Shown: piece by piece, positions 16,748 through 23,530 of the stretch
Layout: every line of letters starts with the position of its first letter
How positions within the stretch are numbered: the stretch's first letter is position 1
Assembly (NCBI GenBank): GCA_030146875.1
Contig: JASLAX010000204.1
Span: 1-32,596, forward strand
From: Longimicrobiaceae bacterium
GTDB taxonomy: Bacteria > Gemmatimonadota > Gemmatimonadetes > Longimicrobiales > Longimicrobiaceae
Direction: 5' to 3'
DNA: 32,596 nucleotides
Notes under the pieces: generated by a model
Told to the model about the DNA's origin: nothing
The model's database searches: none
Seen by the model: only the letters and a program-made list of their open reading frames with translations
Position numbers and translations under genes: made by a program

Positions 16748-16823
16748 ACGCGGAGACGCGGAGGACGCGGAGACGCGGAAACGGCAACGGCGGGTCTCAC
16801 GCGGAGGCGCGGAGAGCGCGGAG
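16748..16823. repeat. Octamer microsatellite (A/G)CGCGGAG, about 8 copies in two blocks, in the divergent yyaL/kinase intergenic region
   Basis: ACGCGGAG-ACGCGGAG-g-ACGCGGAG-ACGCGGAA at 16748-16780. A second block ACGCGGAG-GCGCGGAG-aGCGCGGAG-GTGCGGGG sits at 16799-16830. Confidence 0.7.
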
Positions 16824-17078
16824 GTGCGGGGGGCGGGATCCTCCGGCGGATCCGGCCCTCGTCGGAAGGGCATCCTATCTCTCCTTCGAGATGAAGGGAT
16901 GCCCGCGGGGCGGAGGTCGATCGTGGTGACGCGTCCGCCGACGCACCCCTTCGCGTCTCTCCCGTCTTCTTCTCCGCGTGAAGAATGCGGTTGAGGGGCT
17001 CGGGATGATGCTTCGGAGCGGTCGTTCGGGAGGTCGGCGGATCGGGGGCGGCGGGGGGCGCGCGTCGCGGTCCCCCGG

Positions 17079-18620
17079 TTGCAGGGTTATGTTACCCGGC
17101 TGAGACGCGTGGACACCCGAGGGGAGACCGACATAGTGGAGAAGACGTTCCGCCGCCTGTACGAGGCGCACTTCGGCAAGCCCCCCGCCTCGGTCCTGGC
17201 GCTGGAGGGCGACGGCTCGTCGCGGCGCATGTTCCGCGTGGTGGGCGAGGGGATGGAGACCGCGATCGGGGTGATGGGGCCCGACCGCGAGGAGAACCGC
17301 GCGTTCCTCTCCTACTCCGCCGCGCTGCGCGGCGCCGGCTTGCCCGTGCCCGAGATCTACGGGGCGGACGAGGAGGCCGGGGTGTACCTGGAGGAGGACC
17401 TGGGCGACACCACCCTGTTCGACGCCGTCACCGCGGCGCGGGCCGAGGACCCCGGCGCGCCGTTCCCGGAGGCGATCCTCCCCGTGTACCGGCGCGTGCT
17501 GGAGGTGCTTCCGCGCTTCCAGGTGGAGGGCGGGAAGGCGGTCGACTACTCGGTGGCGTACCCGCGGGCGGCGTTCGACCGGCAGTCGATCCTGTGGGAC
17601 CTGAACTACTTCAAGTACCACTTCCTGAAGCTGGCCAACGTCCCCTTCAACGAGGCGCGGCTTGAGAAGGACTTCCGCCGGCTCACCACCTTCGTCCTGG
17701 GGGCGGACACGCGCCACTTCCTGTACCGCGACTTCCAGTCGCGGAACGTGATGCTGCGCGACGGCGAGCCCTGGTTCATCGACTACCAGGGCGGGCGCCG
17801 CGGGGCGCTGCAGTACGACGTGGCCTCGCTCCTCTACGATCCCAAGGCCGCCATTCCCGACCCACTTCGCGAGGAGCTCCTGACGCACTACCTGGGGGCG
17901 CTGGAGAAGTACCTTCCGGTGGACGGCGAGCGCTTCCGCCAGCACTTCCGGGGGTACGTCCTCGTGCGGATCATGCAGGCGATGGGGGCCTACGGCTACC
18001 GCGGGTTCTTCGAGCGCAAGCCGCGCTTCCTGGCCAGCGTGCCCCCCGCCATCCGCAACCTGGAGCGGCTGCTGGAGACGGGGCTGGTGGACATCGACCT
18101 TCCCGAGCTCCGCGCCGTCTTCGAGCGGATGTGCGGCTCCACCGCGCTGCGCCGCACGCCGGTGAAGGCGCCGCCGGGGCTCACGGTGAACGTCGGCTCC
18201 TTCTCGTACAAGCACGGGTACCCCGAGGACCAGGGCGGCCACGGCGGCGGCTTCGTCTTCGACTGCCGCGCCCTGCACAACCCGGGTCGCTACACCGAGT
18301 ACGTGGAGCTGTGCGGCTGCGACGAGCCCGTGGTGGAGTTCCTGGAGAAGGTGCCCGAGGTGGAGGAGTTCTGGAAGCACGTCCGCCCCCTGGCCGAGAT
18401 GCAGGTGGAGACGTACCTCACCCGCGGCTTCACCTCGCTCTCCATCTACTTCGGGTGCACGGGGGGGCAGCACCGCTCCGTCTACTTCGCCGAGCGCCTG
18501 GCGGAGCACCTCCGGGCGCGCTTCCCGATGGTCAACGTGGTCCTGGCCCACCGCGAGGAGGGGCGCTGGCCCGCGAACCAGGAGGCGAAGGCGGCGGCGG
18601 CCTCCGCGGCGGGGGCGTAG
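17079..18620 (+). CDS. Fusion protein: N-terminal APH-fold sugar kinase (AmgK-like) joined to a C-terminal RapZ/YvcJ-type C-terminal domain
   Basis: Kinase catalytic loop [11 protein letters not shown] and IDYQG (APH HxDxxxxN / DFG-like). C-terminal 150 aa contain the RapZ C-domain blocks FSYKHGYP...[14 protein letters not shown] and [18 protein letters not shown] (E. coli RapZ: FSFKYGIP...VFDVRFLPNPHW and GCTGGKHRSVY). The likely start is GTG at 17136, with GGGGAG upstream. The ORF track's TTG at 17079 is the outer bound. Confidence 0.7.
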   Translation: MQGYVTRLRRVDTRGETDIVEKTFRRLYEAHFGKPPASVLALEGDGSSRRMFRVVGEGMETAIGVMGPDREENRAFLSYSAALRGAGLPVPEIYGADEEAGVYLEEDLGDTTLFDAVTAARAEDPGAPFPEAILPVYRRVLEVLPRFQVEGGKAVDYSVAYPRAAFDRQSILWDLNYFKYHFLKLANVPFNEARLEKDFRRLTTFVLGADTRHFLYRDFQSRNVMLRDGEPWFIDYQGGRRGALQYDVASLLYDPKAAIPDPLREELLTHYLGALEKYLPVDGERFRQHFRGYVLVRIMQAMGAYGYRGFFERKPRFLASVPPAIRNLERLLETGLVDIDLPELRAVFERMCGSTALRRTPVKAPPGLTVNVGSFSYKHGYPEDQGGHGGGFVFDCRALHNPGRYTEYVELCGCDEPVVEFLEKVPEVEEFWKHVRPLAEMQVETYLTRGFTSLSIYFGCTGGQHRSVYFAERLAEHLRARFPMVNVVLAHREEGRWPANQEAKAAAASAAGA

Positions 18621-18633
18621 CGCGGTGGAGGCG

Positions 18634-19359
18634 ATGCTGCTGGCCGCGGGGCTGGGAACGCGCCTGCGGCCGCTGACGGACCGCGTGCCCAAGGCGCTGG
18701 TGCCGGTGGGCGGGGTGCCCATGCTGGAGCGGATCGCGCGGCGGCTGATCGAGGCCGGGACGGACCGCCTGGTGGTGAACGTCCACCACCACGCCGAGCA
18801 GGTGGAGCGCTTCCTGGCCGAGAAGCAGGGCTTCGGGGTGGAGGTGGCGATCTCGCCCGAAGCAGGATCGCCGCTGGAGACGGGCGGCGGGCTTCTCCAG
18901 GCGCGCGCCCACTTCCGCGGCGACGCCCCGTTCTTCCTCCACAACACCGACATCCTCTCCGACCTGCCGCTGTGCGCCCTGTACGAGGCGCACCTGGCGT
19001 CCGGCGCGCTCGCCACGCTGGCCGTCCTCGACCGGCCCACCACGCGGCACTTCCTCTTCGACGACCGGGGCCTGCTGGGCCGGTCGGACGACGTGAAGGG
19101 CCTCGACCTTCGCGTCCGCGACCCGGTGGGCGAGGTGTGGAAGGTGCCCTTCGCGGGGGTGCACGTCATCTCCCCGCGCATCTTCGGCCTGCTGACGGAG
19201 CGCGGCGCCTTCTCGATCCTCGACCCGTACCTCCGCCTCGCCGCGGAGGGCGAGCGGATCCTCCCCTTCCGCGTTGACGGGGCGACGTGGATCGACGTCG
19301 GGCGGCCGGAGGGGCTGGCGGCGGGCGAGGCGGCGGTGGCGGAGGGCCGGGTGAGATGA
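18634..19359 (+). CDS. Sugar-phosphate nucleotidyltransferase (MurU-like N-acetylmuramate-1-phosphate uridylyltransferase candidate)
   Basis: N-terminal LLAAGLGTRLRPLTDRVPKALVPV nucleotidyltransferase signature. About 240 aa with no hexapeptide-repeat domain, as in MurU. ATG 18634 is preceded by a GGAGG RBS. Immediately downstream of the AmgK-like kinase. Confidence 0.65.
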   Translation: MLLAAGLGTRLRPLTDRVPKALVPVGGVPMLERIARRLIEAGTDRLVVNVHHHAEQVERFLAEKQGFGVEVAISPEAGSPLETGGGLLQARAHFRGDAPFFLHNTDILSDLPLCALYEAHLASGALATLAVLDRPTTRHFLFDDRGLLGRSDDVKGLDLRVRDPVGEVWKVPFAGVHVISPRIFGLLTERGAFSILDPYLRLAAEGERILPFRVDGATWIDVGRPEGLAAGEAAVAEGRVR

Positions 19360-19362
19360 CGC

Positions 19363-19392
19363 GAGGGGGTGCGGCCGACGCCGCACCCCCTC
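19363..19392. terminator. Strong hairpin between convergent MurU-like and aminotransferase genes (13-bp stem), followed by a T-rich tract
   Basis: GAGGGGGTGCGGC-cgac-GCCGCACCCCCTC then TCGCTTTCTCCGTCTCC. Begins 4 nt after the MurU-like stop. Confidence 0.55.
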
Positions 19393-19461
19393 TCGCTTTC
19401 TCCGTCTCCACGGCCGAGGGCGGCTGGACGTCGGCGCCACGAGAGATGCCGACCTTCGCTC

Positions 19462-20832
19462 TCACCGCATCTCGCCGAGGACCTCCTCCAGCACGCCCAG
19501 CGCGTGGTCCGCCTGCTCGTCCGTCAGCACGAACGGCGGGGAGAGCGAGAGGACGTTCCCGTAGAACCCGCCGCCCAGCACCAGGACGCCGCGCCGCAGG
19601 GATTCGACGACCAGGCGGCCGACCAGCTCCGGGGCCGGCGTGCGGCTCTCGCGGCCGCGCACCATCTCCACCCCGATCATGGACCCGATCCCCCGCACCT
19701 CCCCCACGTTGGGATGGTCCGCCGTCGCCTCGCGCAGCCGGGCCACGAGACGCGCCCCCAGGTCCGCCGAGCGCTCCACCAGCCGCTCGTCGCGAAGGAC
19801 GGAGATGGACGCCAGCGCGGCGGCGCACGCCACGGGGTTGCCCAGGAAGGTGGAGGTGTGGATGGCCTCGCCGGTCGAGCGCGGCCACGCCTGCATCACC
19901 GCGTCGGTGCCGATGCACGCCGCGAACGGCAGCCCGCCCGTCAGCGCCTTCCCCACGACGAGCAGGTCGGGGACGACGCCCCAGTGCTCGCACGCGAACC
20001 ACCGTCCCGTGCGCCCGAAGCCGGTGTAGACCTCGTCCAGGATCAGCAGCAGCCCGCGCTCGTCGCAGATGCGGCGGAGCCCGGGGAGGAAGGCGTCGGG
20101 CGGGATCACGTCGCCGCCGCGCCCCTGCACGGGCTCCACGAGGATGGCGCCGATGCCGTCCGACGCGGTGCCGGGGGTGTCGAGCAGGTGCTCCACGTAG
20201 CGCAGGGTGGCGGCGCCGACCTCGTCCGGGTCGCGGCCGAACGGCGAGCGGTAGGGATACGGATAGGGGGCGAAGACGGCGGTGCGGCCGAGCTGCGCCG
20301 CGAAGGGCGCGCGGAAGTCCTCGCGGGAGGAGACGGCGAGCGCGCCGTAGGTCAGACCGTGGTAGCCGCCGTGGAAGGCCAGGACGCGCGGCTTGCCCGT
20401 GGCGAGCGCGGCGGTCTTCAGCGCCGCCTCCACCGCCTCGGCGCCGGAGTTGGCGAGGATGGACCGCCGCAGGCCGCCGGGCGCGACCTCCGCCAGCGCG
20501 CGGAGGAGCTCCGCCTTCACGCGCGGGGGGTGCACGTCGCCCATGCCGTGCATCAGCCGCCCCGCCTGCGCGCGCACCGCCTCCACCACCCGCGGGTGCG
20601 CGTGCCCGGCCCCCGCGACCGCGAACGCCGCGGTCAGGTCCACGAAGACGTTGCCGTCCACGTCCCGCACGTTCGCGCCCCGCGCCTCCTCCCAGAACAC
20701 CGGGAAGTCGTCCGCCAGGTAGGTGACGTTCGGCGACTCGAACTCCCGCAGCTCCCCGGCGAGCGCGAGGGAGCGGGGGCCGGGAGGCGCCGCGCGCACC
20801 TCCGGCAGAAGGGCGCCTAGGTCGGGCGTCAC
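19462..20832 (-). CDS. Class-III (PLP fold type I) aminotransferase, acetylornithine/GABA-aminotransferase-like
   Basis: Conserved LDEVYTGFGRTGRWFACEHWGVVPDLLVVGKALTGGLP with the PLP-lysine; GAEAVEAALK and ILVEPVQG blocks. Start set at GTG 20832 with a GGCGAGG SD-like element upstream. An ATG at 20994 would overlap HepT by 165 nt. Confidence 0.7.
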   Translation of the reverse strand: MTPDLGALLPEVRAAPPGPRSLALAGELREFESPNVTYLADDFPVFWEEARGANVRDVDGNVFVDLTAAFAVAGAGHAHPRVVEAVRAQAGRLMHGMGDVHPPRVKAELLRALAEVAPGGLRRSILANSGAEAVEAALKTAALATGKPRVLAFHGGYHGLTYGALAVSSREDFRAPFAAQLGRTAVFAPYPYPYRSPFGRDPDEVGAATLRYVEHLLDTPGTASDGIGAILVEPVQGRGGDVIPPDAFLPGLRRICDERGLLLILDEVYTGFGRTGRWFACEHWGVVPDLLVVGKALTGGLPFAACIGTDAVMQAWPRSTGEAIHTSTFLGNPVACAAALASISVLRDERLVERSADLGARLVARLREATADHPNVGEVRGIGSMIGVEMVRGRESRTPAPELVGRLVVESLRRGVLVLGGGFYGNVLSLSPPFVLTDEQADHALGVLEEVLGEMR

Positions 20833-21197
20833 GTCGGAACCTCGCCGGAGGGAGGAGCTTCGTCCTCCAGCAGCGCACGAAGGGCGGGGACGATGGCCGG
20901 CAGGTCGTCGCGGGCCGTCGTCCACAGGACGTCCGCGCTCACGCCGAAATAGGCGTGCACCACGACGTTCCGGAGGCCCCGCATCTCCTGCCACGGGAGA
21001 CCAGGCGCACGGGCGACGACCTCGTCGGGAACGTGACGCGCGGCCTCCCCTACGATGGTGAAGTTGCGGATGACGGCGTCCATGGTCCGCTCGTCCGCGG
21101 TGAACTCGTCCAGCGTCATGCCGTCCAGGTAGCGGGTGATCTTCTGGATCGACTCGAGGATGTCCTCCACGCGGAGGCGCCAGTCTCTAGGCGACAC
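20829..21197 (-). CDS. hepT: HepT-like HEPN toxin (DUF86)
   Basis: 122 aa. Rx4HxY HEPN motif RNVVVHAYF. Starts MSPRDWRLRVEDILESIQKI as in HepT toxins. GTG start overlaps the 3' end of the upstream MntA gene by 11 nt. Confidence 0.8.
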   Translation of the reverse strand: MSPRDWRLRVEDILESIQKITRYLDGMTLDEFTADERTMDAVIRNFTIVGEAARHVPDEVVARAPGLPWQEMRGLRNVVVHAYFGVSADVLWTTARDDLPAIVPALRALLEDEAPPSGEVPT

Positions 21198-21477
21198 GGA
21201 TCATCTCCCGCTCCACCGCTGGGCGGATGCGCGGTCGGAGGCCGGCCACGCTGACGAGGTCGACCGGCGAGCCCAGCACCTCTTCCAGATGGTGCTTGAT
21301 GCGCAGGAAAGCGAAGAGGCCGAGTCCCGGCCGCAGGTCCACAAGGACGTCGATGTCGCTGTCCGCGTCGGCCTCTCCTCGCGCGACGGAGCCGAAGAGG
21401 GCGATGGACCGCACCCCCATCTCCTCGAGCTGGGGGCGGCACGCCTGGAGCCGTTCGAGGACGTCGTCCCGGTTCAT
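21187..21477 (-). CDS. mntA: MntA-like minimal nucleotidyltransferase antitoxin (copy 1, cognate of HepT)
   Basis: GSVARGE...DSDIDVLVD Pol-beta NTase motifs (GSx9-13Dx[DE]). 96 aa from the Met (MNRDDV) that matches the paralogue's start. The ORF track's outer Met is at 21507. Confidence 0.75.
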   Translation of the reverse strand: MNRDDVLERLQACRPQLEEMGVRSIALFGSVARGEADADSDIDVLVDLRPGLGLFAFLRIKHHLEEVLGSPVDLVSVAGLRPRIRPAVEREMIRVA

Positions 21478-21558
21478 CGTCATGACTCTCCATCCCGTTG
21501 GAGGCAACGCGACGCTGTTGAGCTCCGCTCCACGAGGTCGTGGAGGAAGAGGGTCCAG

Positions 21559-21852
21559 TCACGCGACACGGATCATCTCCCGCTCCACGTACGGCTTCAC
21601 GCGCGGTCGCAGCCCGCTCGTGGTGACCAGGTCCACCTTCGTCCCCAGGATCTCCTCCAGGTGCTCGAGCAGCCCCATGTACCCGTCGAAGGTCGGAGGT
21701 CCGTCGAACTCGACCAGGACGTCCACGTCGCTCTCGCTCGTCGCCTCGTCCCGGGCGACGGAGCCGAAGACCGCCAACGTGGCGACCCCGAACCGCCGCT
21801 CCATCTCCGCGCGATGGTCACGGAGGCTCGCCAGCACCTGGTCCCGGTTCAT
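21559..21852 (-). CDS. mntA: MntA-like minimal nucleotidyltransferase (copy 2, tandem paralogue with no HepT of its own)
   Basis: 97 aa with GSVARDE...ESDVDVLVE. About 60% identical to copy 1. The last 26 nt of both genes are identical (21191-21216 and 21563-21588). Confidence 0.75.
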   Translation of the reverse strand: MNRDQVLASLRDHRAEMERRFGVATLAVFGSVARDEATSESDVDVLVEFDGPPTFDGYMGLLEHLEEILGTKVDLVTTSGLRPRVKPYVEREMIRVA

Positions 21853-21877
21853 GAACGCTTCCCTCGTTTCATCAGTG

Positions 21878-22075
21878 TCACCCGGCACTCTCGTCGTCGG
21901 CCCGGATGGCGAACCGTCGTTCCATCTCCGCCTCCTGGAGGACGCGTCGCTCGCGGACCTGCCGCCGCGCGTTCTCGATCTTCGCGCATACGGCCACATG
22001 GTACTGAACGCCCTCGAAGGTGACGTCGTCTGCGAGCGTCTCCAGCATTCGCAGGACGACTTCCTTCGCGTTCAC
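21878..22075 (-). CDS. Small hypothetical protein (65 aa), start overlapping the GNAT stop codon
   Basis: GTG start at 22075 overlaps the upstream GNAT stop as GTGA. High third-position GC, whereas the overlapping frame gives Arg/Gly junk. No family recognised; Glu/Arg-rich C-terminal half. Confidence 0.4.
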   Translation of the reverse strand: MNAKEVVLRMLETLADDVTFEGVQYHVAVCAKIENARRQVRERRVLQEAEMERRFAIRADDESAG

Positions 22076-22572
22076 CGTTCCTCCGCCCGCTCGTCGTCAT
22101 CCGCCACCCGCACCCAGCGGGTCAGCAGGTCGCGGGGGTGGCCGCTGAAGCCGAGGCGGGCGTAGAAGGCCCGCGCGGCGGTGTTGTGGTGCTCCACCTC
22201 CAGGCGGATGGTGCGGATGCCCCGCTCGCGGCAGACCGCCTCCATGTGCTCCACGGCCCGGCGGCCCAGCCCGCCCCGCCGGTGCTCCTCGCGCAGGTAG
22301 ATCTCGTCCAGCAGCGCCCAGACGCCGTGGAACTCGAGCGAGAACCCGAACGTCAGCACGAAGTACCCCGCCGGGGCCTCTCCCTTCCGCACGACCCAGA
22401 CCTGCCCGAGCCGCCCGTCCCCCAGCAGCGTCTCTACCCCCGCCCGCGCCGCCGCCGCGTGCCACGACAGCCCCTCCAGCATATACAGCTCGCGCATCAT
22501 CCCCAGCACCACGTCCGCATCGGCCGGAGTGGCGAGGGTGAAGCGCGCGGTGTCGGACGGGGTGGAGGGCAT
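22072..22572 (-). CDS. GNAT-family N-acetyltransferase
   Basis: 166 aa from internal ATG 22572. Acetyl-CoA binding motif A region HRRGGLGRRAVEHMEAVCRERG and ARAFYARLGF. Upstream in-frame ORF sequence lies in the REP region and is non-coding. Confidence 0.75.
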   Translation of the reverse strand: MPSTPSDTARFTLATPADADVVLGMMRELYMLEGLSWHAAAARAGVETLLGDGRLGQVWVVRKGEAPAGYFVLTFGFSLEFHGVWALLDEIYLREEHRRGGLGRRAVEHMEAVCRERGIRTIRLEVEHHNTAARAFYARLGFSGHPRDLLTRWVRVADDDERAEER

Positions 22573-22672
22573 CGGCGTGTGAGCGGATCGAGAGGTTTGG
22601 ATCGCGAGCGGTTCGTCTGGTGGATCGATGACGCTTCGGCGTACTCGCGGTGTGGCGGCATCCGCCGGAGCG

Positions 22673-22912
22673 GCGTTGCGGGGGCGTAAAGCCCCCCGGA
22701 AGGGCAGCGTCCTGGCGGACTCGCGGGGATGCGGCATTGTGCGGCCGGCGTTTCCGGGGGCGTAAAGCCGCCGAGGGACGGCAAGCATTCTGTCAGACGC
22801 GTGGGGATGCGGATTTCGTGCGTCCCCCGTTCCGGGGGCGCAAAGCCCCCGGCTGGCTACGGCAATCGTCCTACCGGACTCCAACGGCAGATCCGGGAGG
22901 CCCGGCGGTTTC
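22673..22912. repeat. Array of three ~77-nt REP-like units, each carrying the hairpin CCGGGGGCG(T/C)AAAGCCCCCGG
   Basis: Hairpins at about 22679, 22756 and 22832, period 76-77 nt. Units share flanking GGGGATGCGG blocks. The third unit ends with CTGGCTACGGCAATCGTCCTAC, which is the inverse complement of a block on the other side of the transposase. Confidence 0.8.
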
Positions 22913-23308
22913 CCAAGGTTCCCACAGCTTTCCGGATGCGTGGTGACGCTTCTGATTGCGAACATACGCGGTGACTTGGTCCAGATGGGAGCGTGAGAAG
23001 CTGAACACTCCATACCCGTCCTGCCAGCTGAATGCACCCCTGTTGCCCGCCGTGACTCGTCCGGTGGTGGAGGACACTCCCTTCACGCGTCGCATCAACT
23101 CGGCAGGGGCGACGGTGGCCCGCAGCCGCGCGGCGACGTGCACGTGGTCCGGCATTCCGCCGATGGCGAGCACCTCCGCCCCGGCGGCATGAGCCTCCTC
23201 GGCGATCGACGCGAGCACCGCCTGCTCGACGGCTCCCACCAGCATGGGCAGCCGACGCATGGTTCCCCAGACGAAGTGCAGATAGATCTCAGCGTGACTT
23301 GCCGGCAT
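22871..23308 (-). CDS. REP-associated tyrosine transposase (RAYT, IS200/IS605 TnpA-like HUH enzyme)
   Basis: 145 aa. HUH motif PDHVHVAA. C-terminal catalytic-Tyr block TAYVRNQKRH. N-terminus HAEIYLHFVWGTMRRLP as in IS200-type TnpA. Flanked on both sides by inverted REP hairpins. Confidence 0.75.
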   Translation of the reverse strand: MPASHAEIYLHFVWGTMRRLPMLVGAVEQAVLASIAEEAHAAGAEVLAIGGMPDHVHVAARLRATVAPAELMRRVKGVSSTTGRVTAGNRGAFSWQDGYGVFSFSRSHLDQVTAYVRNQKRHHASGKLWEPWETAGPPGSAVGVR

Positions 23309-23317
23309 CCTGGTTCG

Positions 23318-23500
23318 AGTCCGTAGGACGATTGTAGTAGTCAGCCGGGGGCTTTACGCCCCCGGAGTGCGTAGCCGGAAAATCTCCGCTCGTCGCGTCT
23401 CGATGTCCAAATGCGTGCCGAGGCGCTCACATCTCTCGCCCGTTCGACGCGGTGCCGGGGGCTTTACGCCCCCGGATGCGTGGCCGGCCAATCTCCGACC
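23318..23500. repeat. Two REP-like units in the opposite orientation to the left array (hairpin CCGGGGGCTTTACGCCCCCGG)
   Basis: Hairpins at 23346-23366 and 23456-23476. The unit 23318-23345 (GTCCTACGGACGATTGTAGTAGTCAG) is the inverted partner of 22851-22876. Confidence 0.8.
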
Positions 23501-23530
23501 TTCCCACGCAACCGTCCAGGCCCCCTCCCC

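Larger units (their letters stand above)
22673..23500 (-). mobile_element. REP-RAYT-REP locus (REP arrays flanking their cognate tyrosine transposase)
   Basis: Five copies of one hairpin family lie in inverted orientation on the two sides of an IS200-like HUH transposase gene. This is the canonical RAYT arrangement. Confidence 0.7.

Noticed and set aside
12828-16787. 1319-aa minus-strand ORF treated as one protein
   Set aside because: Only the 3' 523 codons (PepP with its own signal peptide and Met) are real. Upstream part is antisense to yyaL in another frame.
21116-22165. Several 100-310-aa ORFs (21116..21562 -, 21136..22023 +, 21227..22165 +, 21597..21821 -) overlapping the TA region
   Set aside because: They overlap the MntA/HepT genes in other frames or strands and have Arg/Ser/Pro-rich junk composition.
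22673-22912. Possibility that the REP array is a CRISPR array
   Set aside because: Units are about 77 nt, with variable inter-hairpin sequence that is itself partly conserved between units. No cas genes. An inverted copy set flanks a RAYT transposase, which fits REP/REPIN elements.
23308-23335. tRNA-like T-loop motif GGTTCGAGTCC immediately after the RAYT start
   Set aside because: Flanking bases cannot form a 5-bp T-stem (only 3 pairs). No acceptor stem or CCA end. No complementary 5' half upstream. Probably coincidental or part of the REP-flank.
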